From positions 1,736,001 to 1,800,000 of the forward strand of contig OZ237735.1 of NCBI GenBank assembly GCA_965178125.1: a DNA stretch of 64,000 bases. Direction: 5' to 3'. The notes below the pieces were generated by a model that saw nothing but the letters and a program-made list of their open reading frames with translations, had not been told where the DNA came from and ran no database searches. This document shows positions 42,401-52,000 of this stretch, in pieces (the stretch's first letter is position 1; each line of letters starts with the position of its first letter). This stretch comes from Bilabrum cf. latius (Eukaryota). Position numbers and translations under genes: made by a program.

Positions 42401-45400
42401 TCTACGGCGTGCTCATTGCTTATGTGCCGTTCGCCTTGGCACTTGCATTCACGTGGGTTTGGTTCTTTGAGCTTCGAGGCGCTGAGCCTTTTGAGGAACC
42501 GCAAGCAATCAACTTCGAGGGTGTTCCCGAGAATTGGGCGTCCAGGGGAGTGATTCAAGAGGAGGATCTCCTACGATTGCTGAGGGGAAGATACGGTACG
42601 GCATTATAGTTCGTTGGGTTCTTCACGCTCGTGCTGGGAGCCTACTTGCTCATACCGGAGGGCGTGCAAGACCCGCTGTACGATGATGATGTTCGAGTCG
42701 AAAAGGTCAAGTTCGAGGCTGATGCGTACGACGACCGTCTGTATGCAGGCGAAAATCTGGGCGATGTTACTTCCGATGAGAAGGCTGAAATAACGCAGCC
42801 CAAGGTTGGGGAAGGCGGCGAGCGGAGCTACCTAGCCTTCCCGTCTTGGCAGCCGTTCCTAGGTCGCCGGGCTCTCATGATCCTGATCGCGTACCTCGTA
42901 CTCTTCATCGATTTGGCCGTGCTGGAGTTCTCATTCAGTGGAATCTACGCAGACAATCAGTACCTGTCTATCGTGACGTTCAAGCTATTCAACATGTTCC
43001 TGGAACTCATGCTGAATGAGCTCATCCGAGAGAACCTTCTCGTCTCTCCAGTCATGGTTCTGAGCGTTATCATTGAGCTGCTGATCACGCTGGGTGCCGT
43101 CGATTTCACGGACTTCGTCGTTGCCTACTATGTTGAGCTGTCGTTGGGTGTGGCTGAGCGATTGTTCATTGACCCTCTCATCAAGTCGATACAGGCCTAT
43201 GGACCGTTGTATGGCATGAACTGCAAGCGAATGTGCCGCCGAAACCGAGCGATTCGAACCCGGGCCGAGCGGAAGGCAGATGAGGAGCAGTACCGCGCAG
43301 CCTTAGAAACTGTCTACAGGGAGACCGAGTCTGTAGAGCCTATTCTAGACAGCTACTTGACGTACAGCAACAACTTGGCTGGGTTGCTCTTGTCACCAGC
43401 GATCCAGGTATTCCTGCTGATCACAGACACTACTGGAATTCGGGTAACTCAAATCCCTGAGCTGTACGAGATCAGGAGCACCGACTTGTTCTACTACACG
43501 ATCTTTGCCGTCGTGATTATTCCTGCCACAATGGCAATGGACATCTTCCTGATGAATGCTCTCGAGTTGATCCACGGGTGGAAGATTTACGACTTCCTAG
43601 TGTTCCAAGACTTCAGGTTTAGCGTTCGAGAGAAGAGGTGGCAGATGAATCAGAAGGACTTCGATACGAGCGTGTCTGGACCGCTGTAGAGCGCAGACCT
43701 GCTGTGCTTTTCGTCTCAATTCTTTTTCATCATCAGCGTCACAGCATTTGGGCTGTTTTTTATCATCATCGGTATGTTGATCCACCTCAGGATCGGTTGG
43801 AACATGCTTGGAGATCCTTGGCTCCTTGTCATTCTGATCGTATCGTATTTGTTCGTCTACTTGTCTAAGTGGCTGTTCTTCTACATTGCCGAGTTCCTTG
43901 GCATGTGGCCTATCCCTGGCGTCAGATCGCTGCTCGATAACGTGTCGTGGGACAAGAAGATTGCAGAAGCGCAGGCTGAGGCGAGGCGCAAGGCTCTCGA
44001 GGAGGCCGAGAACAGGCGAATCGAAGCCAAGGCGCTGCGTGATGACGCCTTCCGTCACAGGTGGATCGAGCGGAACAAGCCGTGGCTTCTCAAGCAGCTC
44101 GAGAGACTCCTGACTCCTCGGACCCTACAGCGCGAAGGTCCTGGCGGACATCCTGTGGAGTCGTACGTTCGTGAAGTGTACGATGCACTGGTTGCTGAGG
44201 GTCGCCGCGGCCTGGGAATGGAAGCCGGTCCTGGTATTGACGGGCTCGTGGATCGCGGGCTTGCTGCCGGACGCCGTCGTCCAGGCGATCGCGGGGATAT
44301 TTCCGATACGGACTCGGATGAGCTAGAGCAGCCGGAGTGGGCCAAACGGCCGTTGGATCCGCTTCCATCTGGGGCCGAGGAAATGATGCGCATGTGGCTC
44401 GCCAAGGCACGGCGCCGGCGCATGTACGAGATCGCGGTCGAGGACCTGATCCGCATCGAGAAGGAGAAACTCAGGCGCTCGCTACCTGCTCCTCGAGACG
44501 GCGGTCCACAGCGCTTTGACGTGTTCTTGGCACTGCCGTCTACGCAGGAGGCCCACCCACTGGCCCTGAACTACTACATTCGAGACTATGAGGTTGAGTT
44601 CCCCGAGGCAGCCAAGCCAGACGCTGAGTTCGACAGGAACAAGTGGAGGGCCTTCTTCAGGGCCAATGCTAAGTACACTGTTCGAGAGATCGATCGACAG
44701 GCCGCTGCGCAGCGTGAGCAGCAGCGTCTCGACCGGCAGCGGCGACGGGAGCTGCAGGGTCGCCGCACCAGACCAGGAGATATCAGCGGCAGCGATTCGG
44801 ATTCAGACCTTAGCCACATGGAGGATGGCAAGCCTGCGTTCGACATCATGGTGGTGGATCGCGACAAAGCAGTTGGCAAGCTGCTACGCAAGTGGCTTGG
44901 CGCCGCTCGTACGCGTATTGGAGGCGTGTTCCCGAAGCAAGAGGCTGCCGGAGATGTCGCCAAGTATCTGCAGGAAGCCCGAGATCTCTCCAGGAAGCGC
45001 GCAGAGCGGAGAGCAGGCCTGGGCTCCAAGGACAGGAAGGGCAAGAAGTCACCCACCGGCACGAAACCAGGCTCCAAGGATGGTGCAGCAGGATCAGACC
45101 CCAGCAGTGCCTTCCCGCAGTCAGTGCAGGTCAACGCTGCCTCTGCTGGTCTCATGCAGCGCTGGATCCAAGCGGCAAGAGACAGGCAATTTGCGGCCAC
45201 TCGTGCCGAGCTCGACGACCATATGGACCGTCTGGAAGACATTGTTGGGCCGCAGTTGCACGAGGCTAACGACTGGTACTTTGGTGTTGGTGTCCGGCTG
45301 CAAGGCGAGGAGCTCGTTGAGGATGGCAGGAGGCTGGCCCAGGAGCGGCAGCGCGGGGCGAGCGAGGCCGAGCACAAGGCTCGCAGGCTCTTGCATGAAT

Positions 45401-46251
45401 TTGACGAGCGACGGACAGAGCAGCAAGCCAAGTCTCGCAAGGAGCGCGAAGAGATGCGGTCCGCTTGGGAGGACGAGGTGCGCTAGAAGGACGCCGAGCT
45501 GGCAGAGCGCGCAGAGAACCTGCTCGCCATCATGGTTGCAAAGGACACGCGCCTGAGGCGGGAGCACGACCTTCCCAAGGCGGACCCGCGTCAATACATG
45601 ATGGCTGCCGCGAAACCAATGACGACATCGTCTGCGTCGGGGGCGGCCACTGGTGGTGCTGCCGACGAGAGTCCAGCGACAGCTGCCGGAACCACAGCGG
45701 CGAGGGGCGGCGCCAAGGATGCCGCTGGGGCAGGCGCTGTTGAGGACGAGGGCGAAGGGCGCGTGACGGATGCTGCTACCAAATCGGATACTCCAGATGT
45801 GGACTCCCTCGATCTCCCAGACGTGCAGGAGGTGCCCAGCGTGGACACCGACATCATCGACAAGATCACTGAGGATGAAGCCGAAGACATACAGGGGATC
45901 GCTGCGAATCTTGCGGCGGCGGCCGCCGAGCGAAGTAGTCACCGACGGGCAGCCCAGGCAGATTTGCAGGCAAGGTTGCGCGAACTCGGCCTCAAGCAAC
46001 AGAAGCGGTCCGCTGCACTCGAGAACCGACGCAAGCGTGCCGAGCGGGAAGCCAACCAAGTCAAGTTCCACGCCGCAGAAGCATCTCGTTCGCATGAATC
46101 GAAGTGGAATGGTGAGGCTGAGCGATGGCTAGAGAAGGTGGAGCGTAGACTGGAGTAGCGACGCCGCGAAGAGGCAGAAGAACTTGGCAGAGAGGCTGCT
46201 GAGGACCTGGCCCAGAGACAGCGAAGGATGCAACGTGGCGCAGGCTTCTGA
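3408..46251 (+). CDS. Giant (~14,250 aa) multi-pass membrane surface protein: signal peptide, LamG-like, many IPT/TIG-like repeats, GCC2/GCC3-type Cys repeats, ~9-11 TM helices, cytoplasmic tail; exons 3408..3528 and 3620..46251
   Basis: About 60 consecutive plus-strand track ORFs (3826, 4939, 5554 ... 43774, 45532) are all in frame 1 and each ends at TAG. Reading the gaps by hand gave about 136 in-frame TAG and no TAA or TGA between 3580 and the TGA at 46249..46251. N-terminus MVRINVALAAMWLVVGSSA looks like a signal peptide. Domain motifs run straight through TAG codons (GPVSGG*LIRIAGIGF, C*PGFFCP, PL*SADLLCFSSQFFF). Confidence 0.9.
3529..3619 (+). other. Spliceosomal GT-AG intron (91 nt, phase 1) in the giant gene
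   Basis: Donor G|GTGAGT at 3529 and acceptor TTTTTCTGGTTTTCAAACGCAG| ending at 3619. It contains the frame-1 TAA (3577) that bounds the long frame upstream. Splicing joins the signal-peptide exon (frame 3) in frame to the long exon (frame 1). Confidence 0.8.
3751..5190 (+). other. Two probable laminin-G/concanavalin-A-like (LamG3-type) domains of the giant protein
   Basis: GLTIGAWVRV (3751), RWHFVAASW (4144) and EVAGAFLYGRSLS (about 4432-4470) fit the LamG3 pattern. The second unit has LEVAW...LAIDGQ...FRGSVSRFRV (5152). Confidence 0.55.
7700..35900 (+). repeat. Array of degenerate IPT/TIG (Ig-like) repeats within the giant protein
   Basis: Recurring pattern P-x-I/V-x-S-V-x-P...G-G...V-x-G-x-N-F...C-x-F...C-x-x-P...V-S-x-N-G-x-D/Q-F. 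Clearest copies are PRIDSTDEVLVGSSGGTVITVRGRNFLNTSTLACNFNRIAVPAVFVDSETLLCESPP (about 34711-34881) and VSGVQPAAVLADGGPVPLLVSGSNFINTTSLRCAIG...YISSTIVLCLIP (about 35410-35574). Also SLSVNGADFS, VETSVNGFDW, EVSNDGLQFT. Boundaries are approximate and the repeats are visible at protein level only. Confidence 0.7.
35923..38550 (+). repeat. Cysteine-rich GCC2/GCC3 (ephrin-receptor-like / TNFR-like) repeats within the giant protein
   Basis: More than 20 CPxGx(Y/F)CP-type units: CPPGSYCP, CPAGTYCP, CPQGTYQP, CPVGHICP, CPAGFVCE, CPEGHYCF, CPRGYICP, CPVGFYCN, CPPGFFCPAGT, CPAGYVC, CPQNYFCPTGT. Confidence 0.85.
42253..43908 (+). other. Multi-pass transmembrane domain (about 9-11 helices) of the giant protein
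   Basis: Successive hydrophobic segments: VYVVFFLLMCFVVVMGGVSIYLCF, IYGVLIAYVPFALALAFTWVWFF, AL*FVGFFTLVLGAYLLI, ALMILIAYLVLFIDLAVL, LLVSPVMVLSVIIELLITLGAV, LAGLLLSPAIQVFLLI, LFYYTIFAVVIIPATMAM, FFFIISVTAFGLFFIIIGMLI, WLLVILIVSYLFVYL. Confidence 0.85.
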
Positions 46252-46577
46252 GCCGTGGACATTTTCTGTGTGTAATTAATTGAACTACATTTAGTCGAAA
46301 TACCTTTAGTAAACGATTAGTCATCAGAGCCAACTAGTAGGCTTCGTCGTTGTAGCGACGAGGTCGCCGCGGCTCTCTGTGTATCTGTGCTATTATTATG
46401 TACTGCTACTACTAGTAGTTATATCAAAATAATATGAAGTAAATAATAAATTGGGAAATGCAAGTTTGGAAGATTCGGAGCTCTCTTGGATCCGCAAAGG
46501 AAAACCCCAAGCTGTCTTACGACACACAGACCCCATTAAGACTTAAATAGTTTACTCTGTGCTCAGCTAAATTTGAA

Positions 46578-48788
46578 ATGATAATGGCATGCTGCTTTGT
46601 GCTTGCGGCGACACTCTGCATCGGGGTGATCAGCGAGCAGCCGCCTGCATGGCGGCCAACTTATCGACGGAGATCCATTTTAAAGTCTTCAGAAAGCAAT
46701 TTAGTGGACACTGGACCAGTTGAATTGACATCGCAGGAACAATAGCGGTGGCAGTCCAGATTTCCGTACTGGGTATTTGACGTATAGCCGATTCGCCGAA
46801 TACCGTGGTACGATCTGTGGCGTCCAGAGCATTGGCGGTATCGCAGGGGGCTTGTCCCCTTCATAACTTCTCGCGTTAAGTCGGATTGGGTTCCTACTTC
46901 AGACAACCGAGGCCTTAGGCTTGGAGTTCGCCAGTCATGGATGGCCGTCGACATTCTACGCACTTTTGGCAATGTTTATGGAAGTCTGAAAGTGACAAAC
47001 CTAAAAAATCGGTAGGAGCAGTCAAATTACACCAACATGGAATTGACAGTCGGGGATGCGATAGCATTAATGAGGTCCGAGGCGGAATCTCTCCTGAAGA
47101 CTAGCGAAAGGCAGGCCGCCAGAACTGGTTGGCGCGATGGCCTGGGGGTACACCCAGCGAATGGAACGAACGAAGTGCTCGACACTTGGTTGAGGTATGC
47201 TTGGCGGCGACGTGCAGAAACTGTTGTAGCCGGTGCATCTTTTGAGACCGTGCGGATGACCTAGCGTGAAAGGCGACCAGAGTCTTTGCCAGCCTGGGGT
47301 GCTATTGGCGGCATAGAGGCGCCCAGTATGGCACCAGGCATGTACATGCTTGCCAACATTGACGATTAGACATGGGAGTCTATCTCTGCAAGGTCTAGAC
47401 CTAATACTGAGCCTTCAAACAGCCAGGCTTTGCCCTGGTTTGCCTCGTCGGACGAAGGCTGGATGCAGTGGTGCCTACCTCGCTCTACCAACAGCACTCA
47501 TTCGGGCGACAGCCTAAGAGACTAGTTTGTTAAATCGTCATTCTGGCGGATGCTTACAATTGGTGCCCCTGGTGCCGGCATGCTAGCCCACAGGGACTCG
47601 CTACGAGTGTCTTCGTTCCAGCTGCAGCAGCGAGGAGCGAAGCGTTGGCTGCTGTGCCCTCCAAATGGCGCCCTATCCTCTTCTAGTCCTGGCGCGGGAA
47701 ATCATTCTTATATTGCGAATGACTAGGTGCTTCAGAGGGCTATTTAGCTAGGCATTGACATGACTGACATTCGCGAATCGGACTACGCCCGTCTTCCCCT
47801 GCTCCGCCGCCTGTCCAATTGCTTCGCCGTCGACGTGCAGCCGGGAGAGATGTTGTATTACCCAGCTGACTACTGGCATGCTACAGATACACGAGTAGGC
47901 CCATGGCGAGGTGCAGCTGTTGGTAGCGGTCCTTGGGTGGATGCGACCCTGGCTGCAGCGGCAAAGGCTGCAGGCCACGGCTATGCTCGCACAGCCGACA
48001 ACAACGTGAACGGACGGAAGGTGGACAACCGCCTTCGAGATCCTGCCAGCACAGCCAAGATTGGTGTTGCCGTCAGTGGTTCCATCATCAACACGGACAA
48101 CATGCGGGCCTCCATGCTCTCACTGTTCCGAATGTGCGCCAGGTCTGACGGGATGCAGAGTGAGTCTAGCGCGGAACTGTATAGCAGCCTCCTCTGCTAG
48201 TAGCTTGGCTCCTGCTTCGATTGGTGGGCCGTAGCATTTGGAGAAGGCTGGAACGATGCATGGCAAGCGTCTGGGCCAGTGGCTGCAACTCGAGCAATGC
48301 ACCATCTTCACCAACGCCAGCAATCGAACGTCAATACACAGGCGTAGCGTGCGGAAGAGTTGCACCTTGCGGAGCGCCGGCTTGCTCAGGACCAAACCGA
48401 ATGGAGAAGTCTGCTAACATTGTCTCAAAGGCCGGGTACATTGTCATTTGTCGACGCAAATTTTGCCGCAAAACTCGAGGCTAGTCGGTGGGGCTAGGAT
48501 GCAGTACGGCACGGGTTCCCCGGGACATGGCCTTCAAGTTAGTGGCCGAATCGAATGTCAAAGTCTAGTCCTCCTCAATGGAAACGGGTGCGGCGCGATC
48601 CAGTTCGCATGCATTCTGATGCTTCAGTCCGAGGGCCGATTCATTCAAGTGAGGACATTGGGAAAGTGTCTATCGCTGCTGGAAGTATCCAGTCTGAATG
48701 GGGTGTAACTGATGGACCAGACGGACCGATCGAGCTTGGGTGGACAGAGAGATACTGCGATAGGTTCAAGGACGCACCTGTGCATTAA
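46578..48788 (+). CDS. JmjC/cupin-like 2-oxoglutarate Fe(II) oxygenase with N-terminal signal peptide, about 736 aa (TAG=Gln), apparently single exon
   Basis: Frame 3 is open from ATG 46578 (MIMACCFVLAATLCIGVISEQ) to TAA 48786..48788, with only TAG interruptions, linking track ORFs 47037, 47760 and 48555. JmjC core WRMLTIGAPGAGMLAHRDSLRVSSFQLQQRGAKRWLLCPP...VQPGEMLYYPADYWHAT carries an intact H-x-D...H triad. The start could be the ATG two codons later. Confidence 0.8.
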
Positions 48789-49003
48789 GGGGTAAGTGGA
48801 ACGCCACAACTTCCAATAATCAAATCCGTTTTCCAGATCCAGGATGCTAAGTCGGGCTGGTGTCCACCGTTCGTAGTGGTCACACCATGCCAATCTAGAT
48901 CAGATTCCAAGATCGAAAGGTCATGTAGGCTGAGTTGGGAACTTCTGGAATGATGTTTGTATAGATATTTTCAGATTAACCTCAAGATTGCATCTTCTTA
49001 CAC

Positions 49004-52000
49004 TCAAAAAGAGTTCGACTCATTCACAAGCCTAACCCACTGCTGGACTGTGTCCGCCAATACCTGAGGAAGCTTGCCGTGATCTTGCACGACCACGTAA
49101 AATGGGAATGGATACCCATCCAGGTACGGGCGGCGCACCCACTTGCCTTGCACCATTGAAATGGACTCCGTCTCAAGGATACTGGTCTTGAACTATGAAG
49201 CAGCAGGCGCAAGCTGCGCCTTTGCCTTCGCCTCATCCAAGGTCAACCCGCCGCTGGTGTCTGGGTCGCTGGCCCCGCCGCTTGCTGCACCTGCTGCGGA
49301 GGATGAAGGCTGCTGTGCGTCCAGAACAATCATAATGACCAGGACACCGAGCTGCTTGGCCCTCATCAGCTGCTGCGTGACCTCATTCCGTTTCGATTGC
49401 TCCAACATGCCGTCGCTGATTACAAACAGGAGTTGCGTGCACGACACACCAAGACCGCTAGATGCCGCGCTAGCTGCCCCAAACGCATTTGCCTGTTTTT
49501 CAAACTCCGCAAGGGATACCCGAAGCATTTTTGCTGGATCTGTTTGGGTTTGTGCAAACGTCAGCTCGCGCAGTAGCTGGCCACCACCTGCCCGCGTGAA
49601 TGGCTTGCTCAAGTCGTGCACAACTCGCGAGTCTTTCCCAAAGCTAACAACTCCGACTTGACCGACCTCAAGCTTGTTGAGAGCCTACGATATCATTGCA
49701 ATGCTATCCACAGCAAACTTGGCGGTTGATCCAGCTTGCATACTCTTCGAGTCGTCAATCGCCAGGAGAACCTGGTAAGTCCGCTGTGATGCCTTCGTCC
49801 GCCGAAGCCAAATCTTGTCCTTGCGGAACTACGAAGCAATGTACTGAATAACACGCCGCATATTGATGCGTTTCCCTGTTCTGTAGTCGCCAGCAAGCCG
49901 ACTTGCCTTCGTAGGTGACAGGATTAGCCGCAATTTCTCGCAAAGCTGCTGGGCTCTTGTAGATGTCTCAGCCACGGCTCGGGACCACATTTCTGAGCAC
50001 CTCCGCTCGTCGCCGAGGTTCGCAGCAATTGCTACCACCACATCACCACCATCGTCCATATCAACAGCAAGATCTGCACCGTCTTCTTGGCGCTAAACCA
50101 GGCCAACTCGCACACTTGGCTCAACAATTGGCCTTGCTTGCGTGTCGGGGCTCTTGCTTGCCTCGCCAGAGCCGTCACGAGATTCTCCTAACTCTGCCTC
50201 CGAGCTAGATTCATCAGCTTCGTGGCTTGCAGGGGGCTCCAGCAAATCAATGGCAGTCTTCGACTCTTGTGCCTCGAAACCATCTTCTGGAGAATCCTCG
50301 TCCACCATCGCAGTCTGCTAAACATCAGCTCCGACTGCTTCAGCGGCTGCGTCAGTCTCCCCAGTTGTCTTTGCAGCAGCGTCATCGAACGACTCCCCAT
50401 CCTCGTCGACCATGTCCTGTTGCTTCCTTCTGCTCCGAGCATCAGTGTCTGCCTGCTGCTCTGACATGTCGAGTCCAAGAGCGGCAGATGACCCAGTAGC
50501 GTCTGGCGCCATCTCAGCTGCTCTCATTTCCGATCCATTCACCTGGTCACCCGATTCTACAGCAGGTTCATCCTGCATGGCGTTGCTAAGAGCGTGATCG
50601 ATTGCATCGTCAAAACCGCTTTCAAAAGGGTTCATGGCATCTTGGAATCGAGACGCCGCATCAATCATGTCCTGCAGTGACTGCTCAGTCGGACCGTCGT
50701 TTTCACCGTCACCATCGTCCTCTTGGCCTATGCCCCGACTCTGCAGCACGGCGCTGCTGGCGGCGCCACCAGAAGTTCCCTCATCCTGTTGGCCAGAACC
50801 AGAGGCAGGAGCATCGTTATCGTCATCGTCATCAGGCAAATCTTCTCCTTCAATGCTGTCACCAACACCAGCATCGGCGCTCTGCAAGTCAGGTGGCTCG
50901 TCACCAGATTCCATGGGAGCCTACCCGTCGGTACCAGACCCGCCAGCTTCTTGGCCCTCTGCTGCCTCGCCTGCATCTTGCCCAGCTGGCTGTTCGGTGG
51001 AATTGTCTTCGTGGTCAACGTCCTCGCTAACACTCGATGCTGCCGCATCTTCCTCATTGTCCATCTCGCTAGAACCTCCGTCGTCATCGGCGTCACTACC
51101 TGCCGCATCATCTGCTGTAGGCTCCGGGGCGGCACCATCGGCCACGTCGCCGTCCTTGTCAGGCTCTGCATCAGCAGCGTCTCCGGCAGCGGTCTCCTCA
51201 GGCTCATCATCTTCACACAGGTCCATCTCGGCCTACGCTTGGTCCTCCTCCTAATTGCTGCCATTCTTAAGACCAAGTTGCTCGGGCTCTTCGTCCTGCG
51301 CGCCCGGTATTTCATCGTTTTCATCAGCTTCCGAGTCTGAAGCCTTGCCATCTTCCTCACCTGATATGCCATCTTCATTCTGCATGTCTGGTTGGTCGTT
51401 GGAGTCTTCTCTCTCAGCGTTGCCATCCGCGTCATCGTCCGCACTGGCTCCCAATTCATCGTTGGCATTGGTCGTGGGGCCGTCATCGGCTGCTTCTCCA
51501 GCATCACCCTCAGCCTCGTCGGCACCGTCCTCGCCTTGCACTGAGCCAGCGTCCGCTTGCTCATCGTCGGCGCCGTCTTTTTCGCCCTCCCACAGGCTAA
51601 CATCAATCGCCTCGTCGAGCTCCCCACCATCTCCCATTTCCTCGTCAAGGTCAGTGGTCTCTGGCTCATCGTCGCTGGCTTCACCATCCGATGCCTGTTC
51701 GATCTCTTGTGCTGCGCCGTCCTCACCCATCCCTCCGACTTCAATTCCAGTTTCATCCTCAGGTTTAGGCGGTTCGCCTTCCTGTTGAACATCGGCACCT
51801 CCAGCTACATCTCCCTCACCATCCAAGGCCTGCTGCTTGTCATCATCGTTCTAGTCACTGCCTGGCTGCGGGCCAGCATCAACGGTTTCGTCGTCCTTCA
51901 GGCCCTCAATCTGACCCATATCCGCGCCTTCCTTTGCTAATTGCTCGGAAATGTCTTCTTCCCCAGTCCCGGTACCAAGACCAGTGCCCTCTTCTGCTTC

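Noticed and set aside
44586-46095. Long antisense and alternate-frame ORFs (44586..45440, 45121..46095, 44588..45556; likewise 27849..28802, 21066..21902, 50728..51798, 50634..51254)
   Set aside because: Shadow ORFs of GC-rich or low-complexity coding sequence, with no recognisable motifs.
3826-46158. Operon or cluster of about 60 separate small plus-strand genes
   Set aside because: All lie in the same frame, are separated only by TAG, and protein motifs span the junctions.
46252-46577. Suppressor tRNA-Gln(CUA) or other ncRNA in the intergenic spacers
   Set aside because: No cloverleaf or T-loop/D-loop consensus seen in any of the three spacers; the tRNA must be encoded elsewhere.
48786-48953. 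TAA readthrough or a further exon extending the JmjC oxygenase (GTAAGT...TTTTCCAG just after the TAA)
   Set aside because: The splice-like signals lie after the TAA, so at most they mark a 3' UTR intron. TAA is never used internally elsewhere and the extension has no recognisable motif.
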